Shown here piece by piece: positions 17,301 to 26,885 of a DNA stretch of 64,000 nt. The notes beneath the pieces were generated by a model. The model saw only the letters and a list, made by a program, of their open reading frames with translations. It ran no database searches and had not been told where the DNA came from. The stretch is from the NCBI GenBank assembly GCA_022843855.1, contig JALHMV010000002.1, positions 14,496 to 78,495 of the forward strand, read 5' to 3'. The translations under genes were made by a program, and so were the position numbers. The stretch's first letter is position 1. Each line of letters begins with the position of its first letter. The DNA comes from Patescibacteria group bacterium. GTDB taxonomy: Bacteria; Patescibacteriota; UBA1384; 2-12-FULL-50-11.

Positions 17301-17383
17301 ACTGAAAGGTCGCTTCCCCAACCCCTCGCGATCATCTACTGAGCCCGTTCGCTTTTCCGCACACATTTTTGTACGGTTGGGGT

Positions 17384-17872
17384 ATGGAAAGAGCAACCTT
17401 TGGGGCTGGTTGTTTTTGGGGCGTGGAAGCCGCCTTCCGCATGCAGTCAGGCGTCACGAACACGGTAGTCGGCTATACGGGCGGCCAGACCGAAGATCCG
17501 ACCTACGAGCAGGTTTGTCGGGGCGACACCGGTCACATCGAAGCCCTCCAGATCGAGTTCGATCCAGCGACGATCTCGTACCAACGCTTGTTAGATATTT
17601 TTTGGCAGATTCACGATCCGACGCTCATCGATCGCCAAGGCAACGATGTCGGACCGCAGTATCAAGCCGTCATCTTTTATCACAACGACGCCCAGCGTCT
17701 TGCCGCTCAAGCTTCGAAAGAAGCATTAGAGAAGGCTGGACAGTACGACGAGCCGATCGCCACCAAGATCGAACCAGCTGGGCAGTTTTGGCCAGCTGAG
17801 CAAGAGCACCAACGCTATCTTGAACGTCACCCTGGCGGCTACTGCCACATCAACCTCAGAGCTATCCGTTAA
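17384..17872 (+). CDS. msrA: Peptide methionine sulfoxide reductase MsrA
   Basis: GAGCFWGVEAAF active-site motif and overall MsrA pattern. ATG at 17384 preferred over the TTG at 17369. Confidence 0.85.
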   Translation: MERATFGAGCFWGVEAAFRMQSGVTNTVVGYTGGQTEDPTYEQVCRGDTGHIEALQIEFDPATISYQRLLDIFWQIHDPTLIDRQGNDVGPQYQAVIFYHNDAQRLAAQASKEALEKAGQYDEPIATKIEPAGQFWPAEQEHQRYLERHPGGYCHINLRAIR

Positions 17873-17936
17873 CAAGCGCTTGGCCGGCGGACAACTTCTG
17901 CTGCTGATTTTGCTAAGATGGACTAAAAGGAGGGGA

Positions 17937-18158
17937 ATGTTTTTCCACAAGAGAGAAGATAAGTCGTTTGTGGCCGTGGCTATGACGATGATTATGATCG
18001 GTGCGGCGATTGTGGCGTTCGGACTGGTTGGGTGGCTGGTCAACGTATCGAACGCAGAAAATATCATTGCGTTTCCGTCGATGAAAGTTATCGGCGGCTT
18101 CGTCATCATCGCGCTCGGCTATATCCAGCTCGAGCTCGGTCTACTGCGACAGAAGTAG
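17937..18158 (+). CDS. Small two-TM membrane protein
   Basis: Strong RBS AAAGGAGGGG 7 nt before the ATG at 17937. Hydrophobic segments AVAMTMIMIGAAIVAFGLVGWLV and GGFVIIALGYI. Confidence 0.5.
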   Translation: MFFHKREDKSFVAVAMTMIMIGAAIVAFGLVGWLVNVSNAENIIAFPSMKVIGGFVIIALGYIQLELGLLRQK

Positions 18159-18182
18159 GCTAAATAACGTCTGGGTAGAAGT

Positions 18183-18208
18183 TGCGCCCGGCTGTAAGAG
18201 CCGGGCGC
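18183..18208. terminator. Perfect hairpin GCGCCCGGCT gtaaga AGCCGGGCGC between convergent genes (no U tract)
   Basis: Read directly. Confidence 0.3.
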
Positions 18209-18225
18209 TACGCTTGGAGAGCGAT

Positions 18226-18612
18226 CTACCGGGCGCCAGCCAGGACTGGCACCGGGATCGACGGCAGGTGCGACTGGGCGCCGGCCACCAGCGGCGGCGA
18301 TTTGGGCCGGTCGAGAACCGACTGGACGCTCGTCACTACCCCGACGAGGAAAGTCTCTGCGGCATCGTCCCCTCCGGCGATCTCGATGAGCGCTGGAGAG
18401 CCGCCCAAGACCACAGCCGTCAGCTGATTGGGACGGACGCTGAACCCTTTACCGAAGGGGATCGCCATCGGTTTGATTTCAACGTTGACGCCCTGCGCTT
18501 TGAGTCTTTGGCCCAGGGCATCAAACCAGGCCGTGGAATCGTCGACAGCCATTTCTGGCAAGTGCAGTTGCACAACCACTTCTTGTTGCATTATGTCCTC
18601 GCAGGCGATCAT
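18226..18612 (-). CDS. Hypothetical protein in a GC-rich segment
   Basis: 128-aa ORF with protein-like composition; the overlapping + strand ORF is Arg/His-rich antisense. An alternative start is the ATG at 18591. Confidence 0.45.
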   Translation of the reverse strand: MIACEDIMQQEVVVQLHLPEMAVDDSTAWFDALGQRLKAQGVNVEIKPMAIPFGKGFSVRPNQLTAVVLGGSPALIEIAGGDDAAETFLVGVVTSVQSVLDRPKSPPLVAGAQSHLPSIPVPVLAGAR

Positions 18613-18686
18613 CGCCTACCGTCGTATTGTCCGCCAGCCGCGATATTTTTTCAACCGTTCGTGACTTTTTTTAGAGAGGGTCTACA

Positions 18687-19766
18687 ATGACTGTTGTTAT
18701 GAATCCAGTTGTCTATGTCGCTATCGGTGGAGTTGTCGTCGGGGTTTTCATTGGAGTTGGGCTCGCCAACTACTTTTTCCGGGGCCGAAAGAACGACGCC
18801 TCACAAATCATCGCGCTCGCCAAAGAGAAGCTTTCAACCGACAAGGAAGAAATTAAAATCGACCTCGAGGGCAAGAAAGACGCGATCAAAACGCTCGTCG
18901 AAGAGATCCGCAAACAGCTTAACGACACTAACCGGCAATTCCTCGAAAGCGAAAAAGAGCGCGTCAGTCACTTTGCTGAGCTTAAAAAGGAGCTCGAGAC
19001 GCACAAGCAGTTGGCTGGGGAACTGCGTGGATCGACCGAAGAGCTCAAGAATGTCTTATCTAACAACCAAATGCGAGGGGCTTTTGGCGAGCGCGTTGCC
19101 GAAGATCTCTTAAAGATGGCGGGCTTCGTCATCAATCAAGATTACTTCGTCCAAGCCAATTTTGAAGATGGTCGGCCGGATTTCACCATTGTTTTACCGG
19201 ATAAAACCAAGGTTAATATCGACGTGAAGTTTCCGTATCAAAACTTGCAGAAGTTTACCGAGGCCAAAGATCCCGAAGAAAAGAAACGACATATCGCGCA
19301 GTTCCAACGCGACGTTCGAGAAAAGATTAAGCAGATCGCCACCCGTGGCTACATTAACCCCGACGACAATACTGTCGACTTTGCCGTTGCCTTTATACCC
19401 AACGAGATGATTTTTAGCTTTATCTACGAACAGAGCAACGACATTTGGGAAGAAGCAATGAGCAAGAAGGTTATTCTCGCCGGGCCGTACTCGTTTGTGG
19501 CGCTCTTGCGTCTGGTCAAACAAGCGCATTCCAACTTCCGGATGCAGTCCAATATTCACCAAGTCATTCAACTGGTCCAAAAGTTTCGCCAAGAATACGA
19601 GAAGTTTTCCGGTGAGCTGGATGTGCTGGGTGCGCGCATTGATTCGGCCGCCAAACAATTTCAGTCAGTATCCTCGACCCGCTCGCGCCAACTCGGCCGG
19701 GTGATGGATCAGATCGACAGCCAACAGGTCCTCGACGAGAGTGAACCGATTAAGTTGATAGATTAA
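18687..19766 (+). CDS. rmuC: DNA recombination protein RmuC
   Basis: N-terminal transmembrane segment, coiled coil, and a conserved RmuC core (GAFGERVAEDLL...ILAGPYSFVALLRLV). Confidence 0.8.
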   Translation: MTVVMNPVVYVAIGGVVVGVFIGVGLANYFFRGRKNDASQIIALAKEKLSTDKEEIKIDLEGKKDAIKTLVEEIRKQLNDTNRQFLESEKERVSHFAELKKELETHKQLAGELRGSTEELKNVLSNNQMRGAFGERVAEDLLKMAGFVINQDYFVQANFEDGRPDFTIVLPDKTKVNIDVKFPYQNLQKFTEAKDPEEKKRHIAQFQRDVREKIKQIATRGYINPDDNTVDFAVAFIPNEMIFSFIYEQSNDIWEEAMSKKVILAGPYSFVALLRLVKQAHSNFRMQSNIHQVIQLVQKFRQEYEKFSGELDVLGARIDSAAKQFQSVSSTRSRQLGRVMDQIDSQQVLDESEPIKLID

Positions 19767-19812
19767 ATCTGTACGTTTCCCCAACCCCTCTCTTCAGGTA
19801 GAATCTAGCTAA

Positions 19813-21273
19813 ATGACCGAGAACAAATCAGAGGCGGCGATCCGGCTGGAGAAATTGGAGTCTCTCAAGAAACTTGGCGTCGATCCGTACCCACCGGCGA
19901 TTCCCAGCCACCAAACTATCGATCACGTCCGCACTCAAAAGGAAGGTGAGGCCGCGGCGACGGTTGGACGTATTTCGGCGATTCGCGAACACGGCAAATC
20001 GACGTTTATCGACCTCGTCGATGAGCAGAACAAGCTGCAAATTTACTTCAAGCAGGACGTTATCGGCGAGGCATCGTACAGCCACCTTCCGCTTTACGAC
20101 ATCGGTGACTTTCTTTGGGTTGAGGGTGAGTTGTTCGTTACAAAAGCCGGTGAGTTGTCCTTAAAAGCCTCAAAAGTCCAGCTGCTCGCCAAATCCCTCC
20201 TCCCAATCCCAGAGCATTGGCACGGCTTGTCTGACGTCGAGACACGCTACCGCTCCCGCACACTTGACTTCAAGATCAACGACAACGCCTACAAAACGAT
20301 TCAAACGCGCAGCAAAATCGTCGAATCAATCCGGGATTTCTTTATCCGTCACGGCTTCATCGAAATCCATACCCCAATCCTCCAGCCGATTCCGGGCGGT
20401 GCCGCGGCCAAGCCGTTTACCACTCACTACAACGTGCTCGACGCCGACTTCTACCTCCGCATCGCTCCAGAGCTTTACCTGAAGCGCCTGGTTGCCGGCG
20501 GGTTCAATCGAGTCTTCGAGATCGGGCCGAACTTCCGCAACGAAGGCCTGTCCCACATGCACAACCCCGAGTTCTACTCGTGCGAAGCCTATTGGGCGTA
20601 CCAGGACTACAACGGCTTCATGAAGACGACGCAAGACTTGGTCCAAGAACTCGTCAAGAAAGTACACGGTTCGCTAAAGATCACGTATCAAAATCAGCCG
20701 ATCGATTTTTCTACAGCCTTCGCCGTTAAAAAGTACGCTGACATCATCAAAAAGGATACCGGTATCGATATTGAAGCGTCCGACACGTTCGAAGCGCTCA
20801 AGGCGGCGATCGATAGCGCCGGGATCTCATTCGAGGGGCAAAAGATTACTGTCTGGAGCGAGTTGGTCGACGAGTTATTCAAGAAAATTTCGCGGCCAAA
20901 GATCGTCCAGCCAACCTTTGTTGTCGATTATCCGCTCGTCACCACCCCGCTCGCTAAGCGTCACCGCGACAACCCGAAGGTAGCGGAACGATTCCAGCTC
21001 ATCGCCGCCGGGGGCTTTGAACTCGTCAACGCTTACACCGAGCTCAACGACCCGCTTGATCAGGAAGCGCGCTTCCGCGAGCAGATGAAGATGGGCGAAG
21101 CAGGTTGGGACGAGGCGCAGACGCTCGACGAAAACTTCATCGAAGCCCTCAAGTTTGGGATGCCACCGACATCCGGCTGGGGTATGGGCATCGAGCGATT
21201 TGTTATGTTGCTCACCGACCAGCACTCAATCAAAGAAGTAATTCCGTTCCCAACCCTACGACCAAAAAAGTAG
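19813..21273 (+). CDS. lysS: Lysine--tRNA ligase (class II)
   Basis: OB anticodon-binding domain followed by class II motifs (FIEIHTP, FRNEG, GFELVNAYTELNDP, GMPPTSGWGMGIERF). Confidence 0.92.
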   Translation: MTENKSEAAIRLEKLESLKKLGVDPYPPAIPSHQTIDHVRTQKEGEAAATVGRISAIREHGKSTFIDLVDEQNKLQIYFKQDVIGEASYSHLPLYDIGDFLWVEGELFVTKAGELSLKASKVQLLAKSLLPIPEHWHGLSDVETRYRSRTLDFKINDNAYKTIQTRSKIVESIRDFFIRHGFIEIHTPILQPIPGGAAAKPFTTHYNVLDADFYLRIAPELYLKRLVAGGFNRVFEIGPNFRNEGLSHMHNPEFYSCEAYWAYQDYNGFMKTTQDLVQELVKKVHGSLKITYQNQPIDFSTAFAVKKYADIIKKDTGIDIEASDTFEALKAAIDSAGISFEGQKITVWSELVDELFKKISRPKIVQPTFVVDYPLVTTPLAKRHRDNPKVAERFQLIAAGGFELVNAYTELNDPLDQEARFREQMKMGEAGWDEAQTLDENFIEALKFGMPPTSGWGMGIERFVMLLTDQHSIKEVIPFPTLRPKK

Positions 21274-21342
21274 AGAAAATCCCGTGACAGACGACTGATG
21301 TCGGTGTAAGCTACGGCTACCACGTTTTGGTGGAGGTACCTA

Positions 21343-21660
21343 ATGGCTGGATCTGGAATATGTGAAGTTGGGAGACCGGACGCAAGAGCCGGCACCGTCG
21401 CTGCCGTTGAGGCCCGCGCGAAAGCAATGGCCAACGGCGAGGAGCAGCTCGATCAGGAATGGCTTGAGGACAAGGCACGCACCGTCTGGTCGGTCTACGT
21501 CTCGTCGCTCGTTGGCCGATTGGCCTTCTTCGCCGGCAACTACGCCAAGGCGATTGAGTTTCTTCAACTCGCCGCCGAACGGGCCGATGAAGAGGAGAAA
21601 AAGAAACTTCTTGGGGAAATTGAGGAGGCCGAAGCCGCGCTCCGCGGCGAAACTCACTGA
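21343..21660 (+). CDS. Hypothetical acidic coiled-coil protein (uncertain)
   Basis: 105-aa ORF in a 426-bp gap. Alternative overlapping ORFs look antisense-like. Confidence 0.3.
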   Translation: MAGSGICEVGRPDARAGTVAAVEARAKAMANGEEQLDQEWLEDKARTVWSVYVSSLVGRLAFFAGNYAKAIEFLQLAAERADEEEKKKLLGEIEEAEAALRGETH

Positions 21661-21699
21661 TCGTGACCGAAGGCCCGTCGTGCTACACTTCGTGTACGC

Positions 21700-22461
21700 A
21701 TGGCGGGCCTTTTTCAATTCTCTTCATTTGCTCAATTCCCCTCGGTCGTTCACGGCGTTGCTACCGCTGATTTTGGCAACATGTCGTTTAATTGGGGCGA
21801 GCATGACCAAGTGCGGACTAATCGAAAAAGCTTTTTTGACGCCCTACAGGTTGAAGAGCAGAGCGTCGTCGTCGCTTCGTTGGTTCACGGCAACGGCGTT
21901 ATCGACGTTGTTGCCTCAGACCGGGGTCGCGGCGTCGCCGTACCGAAGGAGTCGCTCGAAGCCGACATTCTGGTCACCGCCGAACCAGATACTTTCCTGT
22001 TCATGGTAATGGCGGACTGTCTGGCGCTTTTTCTAATTGAACCTGAGAAACGGGTCAGTGCCCTGGTTCACGCTGGCTGGCGCGGCGTTGATGCCAGAGC
22101 CCCCCAGGTGGCAATCCGTTATCTTGAAGAGCGGTACGGCTGCCAGCCGGCCGAGCTCTGGGTCGGTCTCGGCCCGGCGGTTCAAGCGGATTCCTTCTGT
22201 TTTCCCACCCAAGAGATCGAGCAGCGCCACCTGCCCAACTGGAGACCGTATCTGAAGACAAACGGCTACCTGACCAAAATTGACTTTGTTGGCTACGCCC
22301 GTGACCAGCTGATCGAGGGCGGCATACCAGCAGCGCAGATCGAAAACTCCGGCATCGACACTCGGACCGACCGGCGTTTTTTCTCTCACCGCCGATCGGT
22401 CGAGACTCAAGAGCCGGAAGCTCGGTTCGGCTGTTTGATCGGTTTTCATTCTGAGGGGTAA
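21700..22461 (+). CDS. YfiH/PgeF family (Cu-oxidase_4, laccase-domain) peptidoglycan editing factor / purine nucleoside phosphorylase
   Basis: HAGWRG motif and the overall family pattern. Confidence 0.75.
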   Translation: MAGLFQFSSFAQFPSVVHGVATADFGNMSFNWGEHDQVRTNRKSFFDALQVEEQSVVVASLVHGNGVIDVVASDRGRGVAVPKESLEADILVTAEPDTFLFMVMADCLALFLIEPEKRVSALVHAGWRGVDARAPQVAIRYLEERYGCQPAELWVGLGPAVQADSFCFPTQEIEQRHLPNWRPYLKTNGYLTKIDFVGYARDQLIEGGIPAAQIENSGIDTRTDRRFFSHRRSVETQEPEARFGCLIGFHSEG

Positions 22462-22494
22462 GGATTTTCTCAAAAAAATAACTGCTGAACCGAT

Positions 22495-22522
22495 TGACTT
22501 TTAGCCTGTAGTCTGGTAGACT
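22495..22522 (+). promoter_or_regulatory. Strong sigma70-type promoter TTGACT-16-TAGACT
   Basis: Read directly, about 50 nt upstream of the collagen-like gene. Confidence 0.5.
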
Positions 22523-22574
22523 CGCCCCACAGTCTCGGGGTCAGGCAGGCCGCCGCCGAACCTGAGACAGGAAC

Positions 22575-23315
22575 ATGAAAATGTTGAACATGAAAGTTTT
22601 CGTCATCGTCGGCGCGCTCCTGGTGAGCTCGCCGACCTTCGCCCAACAAGTCGAGCGGGAGACCACTCCGCCGGAGACGACCCAATCCGCCGGAGACGGC
22701 GGCAACAACATCGACCAGCTGGGGCAGGACGACGCGACGACAACGTCGCAGTCCGGCCAGGCCGACCACGGCGTGGTTGACCCGCAAACGGGTCACCCGA
22801 CCTTCCCGGTCTCGGACGGGGGAGACCAACTCCCACGGATCGAGCCGCCGACCACATCGGTCGCGACGGTTGGTGGACCGCCGGGTTCGCGTGGCCACAC
22901 CGGTCCACCCGGTCCGGCCGGCCGCTCTGGCCGGGTGACGTACGTCCCGAAAGGGATGGTCACCCACGCCGAGTTGCAAAAGCTGCTCGGCGGGATGGAG
23001 GGTCGGCTGGCACGCCAAATCAGCGCGCTGGCCGCCCAAAACCGCGCCGGATTTGCCCGGGTGGACGGTCGCTTGACAGCGATCGACGCCCGAACAGGCG
23101 AAGTCCTGGCGCGAATCGACCATCTCCCTACGCGGGAGGAAATCGGAGCGCTGCTGCGAACTCCGCAGCCGGCGCCCACCGACCCGGCAAAAAAGCCGTC
23201 CGAGGGCGGAGCAACCCAAAAGGAGCCGACAACGGTCTCACCGATCGCCTGGGCGGTTCTCGCTCTCGGCGGTCTCGCCGTTGTCGGCGCGGCCATAGCC
23301 GCGCCAAGGAAGTGA
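22575..23315 (+). CDS. Secreted protein with a collagen-like G-x-y stretch and a C-terminal transmembrane anchor, in a high-GC islet
   Basis: Signal MKMLNMKVFVIVGALLVSSPTFAQQ. GPPGSRGHTGPPGPAGRSGR. C-terminus AWAVLALGGLAVVGAAIAAPRK. GC is clearly higher than in flanking genes. Confidence 0.6.
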   Translation: MKMLNMKVFVIVGALLVSSPTFAQQVERETTPPETTQSAGDGGNNIDQLGQDDATTTSQSGQADHGVVDPQTGHPTFPVSDGGDQLPRIEPPTTSVATVGGPPGSRGHTGPPGPAGRSGRVTYVPKGMVTHAELQKLLGGMEGRLARQISALAAQNRAGFARVDGRLTAIDARTGEVLARIDHLPTREEIGALLRTPQPAPTDPAKKPSEGGATQKEPTTVSPIAWAVLALGGLAVVGAAIAAPRK

Positions 23316-23322
23316 AAGAAAG

Positions 23323-23436
23323 ATGGAGACTACAGTTCTCATTCTCGGCGGCCTGCTCCTGCTGGCCGCCATCGTCGTCCTAGCCCGTTCGCTTCGGCGG
23401 CGGCCAACAGTCCACCAAGGCTGGTACAGCAGGTAA
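23323..23436 (+). CDS. Candidate 37-aa single-TM peptide (METTVLILGGLLLLAAIVVLARSLRRRPTVHQGWYSR)
   Basis: Starts 8 nt after the upstream stop with a purine-rich spacer. Lies inside the promoter-to-terminator unit. Confidence 0.3.
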   Translation: METTVLILGGLLLLAAIVVLARSLRRRPTVHQGWYSR

Positions 23437-23527
23437 CTGGCCGTCCGGTGATGGCGAGACCGTTGCCGGTGAAAGCGACGGGCAGGCCGTTCGGGTAACC
23501 GAGCGGCTGGAGTCACTCGTCACGGGG

Positions 23528-23767
23528 GTGGCCACCACGGGCGGCCCGGCTCGGATCCGGTGTCGGACCGGCCGGACCGAGGTATTGGTCGAAGTGGGCG
23601 AAGCCGCGCTCAGTCGTCCGACCGGGCCAGCCAGCGCAGGAGGGAACACCGGCCAACAACCGTGGCTGGTCCAGAACTTCTACGGCGGGTGGCCGCCCAC
23701 AAAGCCCGCCGCCGACCCACCGACCACGCCGCCGGTGCCTGAACCGGCCCCGGTTCCGGGCGGCTAG
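23528..23767 (+). CDS. Candidate Pro/Gly-rich ORF (GTG start)
   Basis: The frame is open from 23384. It ends 26 nt before a strong intrinsic terminator. Confidence 0.2.
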   Translation: MATTGGPARIRCRTGRTEVLVEVGEAALSRPTGPASAGGNTGQQPWLVQNFYGGWPPTKPAADPPTTPPVPEPAPVPGG

Positions 23768-23792
23768 ACCCTAGACCGCCGACCCGACATCC

Positions 23793-23827
23793 GCCCCCGA
23801 CACTATCCGTGTCGGGGGCTTTTTCTT
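23793..23827 (+). terminator. Rho-independent terminator (GCCCCCGACAC tatcc GTGTCGGGGGC TTTTTCTT)
   Basis: Perfect 11-bp GC-rich stem followed by a T-run. Read directly. Confidence 0.8.
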
Positions 23828-23829
23828 AA

Positions 23830-26800
23830 CTACTGCTTCACTAAACCGCTCGAGAGCAACTGGAAAAGCGAAACCTTGATCGACTTTTGCGGACTGATCT
23901 TGAGTGTCAGTGTGCGATCGGTTGTCTGACCGGCGCCATCAACTTCCCGACGATAGTTTTGGATTTCATAGCCGTGACCCAAAAGCGCGTCCTCCGACAG
24001 CTCGTTATCTCTGGCAAGGCCGCGCAAGAGAGTTTGCTGATCTTCGCTTAGTTGGTCGGCGGCCTGAAACGAGATGGTCCGACCAACGTCAAACGCATCC
24101 GGACCGCCGTACTCATTAATCAGATTCTCGAGCGGGCGATCGTCATCCCGGCGCTCGTCCTTAGCGCCAGGGTCAGGTTCGGGAGCCGGTGGAGCGGGCG
24201 GTTCCGGCGAGACAGCCGCCAACCGATCGTTCGCCTCCCGCAAGAATGCCACAACCTGACCAACTGTGAGTGGGTTTCTCTTGGTACCAATGATTGTGCC
24301 GTCGTAATCTTTGTATTTGACCGAGTAACCGCGATCTGACTCGGTAAATTTGAGTGAAGTCGTTACCCCGTCGGGAAAATGTAAATCGATATACTCGGCC
24401 GGCCGGCCGTTCGGATCTTTGTCTCTATCGATAACCACCAGATCGTTGAGGGAATCAGCTCCATCAGCGCCCGCCCATCGCTGGCGCAGCTGCTCAAAAT
24501 ACCGATAGAGCGTTTCGGCTGAGGCGGCGTTAATGCGCTGGCTGAGGATCGAATCGTCCACATCTTGGCCGCTCACAGCCAATTCGATCTGCTGTTGAAT
24601 GTCTGCCTTTTCCTTTTTGTTAGTTGGCTCGGGAGTCGGTGGCCTTTCCTCCTGGTCGGAAGCGCCACTACGCTGACCGACTTCCAGATGGCCGTGCGTC
24701 TTGAGGAAATTGGTGACCGTGTCCCGCTTAACCACGTACGGGCGATCTTTCTCTGAGCCGCTCGCCCGATAGGCGTAGACGATTTGATCGGACTCCGGAT
24801 CGGCCTCCAAGACAAAATCATAGATCCGGCTGCCGTCATCGGCGAGGACGAGGCGATCGCCCGAAGCGGTTCGGCGCGAATAGCCGGGCAGCTGCTGTCG
24901 ATTGAGCGCTTGGGCCAGGGTGGTCGGATCGCGATTCCACCAGTCGGGTTCGCGACCGCCGGGAGTCGACGGCAGGACCATCCCCAATTCTCGAGCGAGC
25001 TTCTCAAGATCGGCGCGGGTATCCCCTGGCTGCTGCTCTTTGGCAGCGGAGCCGACGTCTCCCTCTTTATGGAGTCGCAACGTAACCGCGTGCGCTTCGA
25101 GCGCGTCGATCAGCGGCTTATTGTCGGCCCGCAATTGGTCAGCGGAGATTCGGCGATCAGAATTTATTGTCGTTGCCGCTCCCTCGCTCAGGGCAGTGGC
25201 GGCGGCCATAGTTGCAGTTGTCAACGCGAGATTCTGCCACAATTGTTGTTGGATGAGGGTCGGGAGCGCGTCTGTAGCAGTAGCGATCTCCTTGACATGC
25301 AGAATCGGCCGGTCACCCGAGACAACATCCTCCAAACGGACTCCCGACATTTCCTTTATGTAATTTTGAAAATCGGGGCTAGCGAAGTAGGCTGCTTGAT
25401 CGGCCGGGCTCAGCCCGCTCAGCTCGGGATATTGATTAAGAACCGTCGTTTTGATTTGGTCGATCTGCTGCTCACTGAGATACTGGTGGTAGTGCTCGTG
25501 CCAGTTGTCGCCCAATCGAAGCGCGCTTTCGGTAAACTTAACATCGCCACCGCCGATGATGTCTTTTTGCTCGATGGCGTAGCGCCAAAGTCCGTCGTTG
25601 GTTTGGTAGACCTCGTGACCCAAGCTTGGGTCGCTTTGAAGAAAAAGATTGCCCGCATCGTCATGGTCAACGCGAATACCGTCTTCGCCGGCTCTTCTCA
25701 CGGCCTCGCCCTGAAAAATGCCTTCACTGAAAAACGAGCTAAGAGCCGTGGAGAGCGACGCACCGCCAACAGCCCCGAGGAAGCTGTATATAGCCTTTTT
25801 TTTCTGGTACTTCCGTTCGAGCTGCTGATATTTTACTCGGCGCTCAGACTCGCCCTCTAACCCTTGCTCCTTAGCGACCGCGATCATTAGTAGTTTATTC
25901 ATCGCCGCCGCCCGCTTATCTTGGTCGTCACCGGCCGACTCTAATAGCTGCTTGGCTTCACGCTGCATGAGCAGAACGCGGTAGAGCGCGTCCTCGATCA
26001 CTTTCTGACCGATTTCTTCGTGACCGAGCGCCCGATGACGGAAGTAATCAGCGCCCAACCGACCGAGCGCGCCGCCGACCACGCCGCCAGCCAAACCAAC
26101 CAACGAGATCGGGCCGCCAAGAACACCGATGACACCGACGGTTGCCGCCGAAATCCCGGCTGACACTGCCGTGCGGCGACTAAATATTTCCTTAAGCGCC
26201 GAGTAACGCCGGTCTCGCTCAAGCGTGACGTGCAGCGCCTCGCCGGCTTTTGTATCGGCTGAGATGGCCGAATCAACACGCAACCGGCTCATCGCGGCCT
26301 GAAATGTAGCGAACCCGAGTTGATTAACCACGAGCTCAGCTAATGCAGCGCGCTCGGCGTTGTGAGTAACATCAAGCGCCAGGATCGTCAGTTGTTCGGG
26401 ATCGACTTTCTCGCCGTGACGCAGTCGATCGAGAACCTGGTCGGCAATCAATCGGTAGTCGTTGCTGCGCTCGCGCTCTGCTTCTTGTAAAAGGTTTTGG
26501 AGACGGTCTTTGTCAGCATCCGGCTCGGCCAGCTCGGCCTCAATCTCCTTGATTCTCTGTTCGGTCTCGTCCAGTCGTTGCTGCGCTGCCTCGGCATTCT
26601 CCCGCATAGTATGCCGCTCCTTTTCTTGAACGCCCTTGCGACGCTCGGAGCCGGTCAGTCTCTGCCAAGCGCCGGTTAAAAAACCGAGGCGTTGTTTGGC
26701 CGCAGGCGACTCCGACAGATGATGAGCCGGAGTCTCTTTCTCAGACGAAGTACCTCCCGTAACCCCAGATGTGGGAGCTGACTTTAGCTCCGAATCAACA

Positions 26801-26880
26801 ACACCCTGATCAACGGGTTGTCGTTCAGCAGAAGATTGTGGATCGCTCTCTACTGACCGTGGGGGGCCCTCGCCAGACAT
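23830..26880 (-). CDS. Large (1016 aa) membrane protein of unknown function with two glycine-zipper transmembrane segments
   Basis: Long ORF with a coiled-coil N-terminal third. Transmembrane segments SAGISAATVGVIGVLGGPISLVGLAGGVVGGALG and AIYSFLGAVGGASLSTALSSFF. No recognisable catalytic motifs. Start lies 6 nt after the upstream small gene. Confidence 0.8.
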   Translation of the reverse strand: MSGEGPPRSVESDPQSSAERQPVDQGVVDSELKSAPTSGVTGGTSSEKETPAHHLSESPAAKQRLGFLTGAWQRLTGSERRKGVQEKERHTMRENAEAAQQRLDETEQRIKEIEAELAEPDADKDRLQNLLQEAERERSNDYRLIADQVLDRLRHGEKVDPEQLTILALDVTHNAERAALAELVVNQLGFATFQAAMSRLRVDSAISADTKAGEALHVTLERDRRYSALKEIFSRRTAVSAGISAATVGVIGVLGGPISLVGLAGGVVGGALGRLGADYFRHRALGHEEIGQKVIEDALYRVLLMQREAKQLLESAGDDQDKRAAAMNKLLMIAVAKEQGLEGESERRVKYQQLERKYQKKKAIYSFLGAVGGASLSTALSSFFSEGIFQGEAVRRAGEDGIRVDHDDAGNLFLQSDPSLGHEVYQTNDGLWRYAIEQKDIIGGGDVKFTESALRLGDNWHEHYHQYLSEQQIDQIKTTVLNQYPELSGLSPADQAAYFASPDFQNYIKEMSGVRLEDVVSGDRPILHVKEIATATDALPTLIQQQLWQNLALTTATMAAATALSEGAATTINSDRRISADQLRADNKPLIDALEAHAVTLRLHKEGDVGSAAKEQQPGDTRADLEKLARELGMVLPSTPGGREPDWWNRDPTTLAQALNRQQLPGYSRRTASGDRLVLADDGSRIYDFVLEADPESDQIVYAYRASGSEKDRPYVVKRDTVTNFLKTHGHLEVGQRSGASDQEERPPTPEPTNKKEKADIQQQIELAVSGQDVDDSILSQRINAASAETLYRYFEQLRQRWAGADGADSLNDLVVIDRDKDPNGRPAEYIDLHFPDGVTTSLKFTESDRGYSVKYKDYDGTIIGTKRNPLTVGQVVAFLREANDRLAAVSPEPPAPPAPEPDPGAKDERRDDDRPLENLINEYGGPDAFDVGRTISFQAADQLSEDQQTLLRGLARDNELSEDALLGHGYEIQNYRREVDGAGQTTDRTLTLKISPQKSIKVSLFQLLSSGLVKQ

Positions 26881-26885
26881 GACGA

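Noticed and set aside
18214-18690. 158-aa + strand ORF
   Set aside because: Arg/His/Asp-rich, antisense to a more protein-like minus ORF, and overlaps the rmuC start.
21362-22009. 215-aa ORF
   Set aside because: Arg/Ser/Pro-rich; an out-of-frame overlap of the well-supported YfiH/PgeF gene.
22470-23219. 249-aa minus-strand ORF
   Set aside because: Antisense to the collagen-like gene, which has a promoter, signal peptide and terminator. Arg-rich.
24784-25860. 358-aa + strand ORF
   Set aside because: Fully antisense to the 1016-aa membrane protein gene; Arg/Leu-rich shadow-ORF composition. The same reasoning applies to other long antisense ORFs inside the beta-helix, ppsA, polA and pnp genes.
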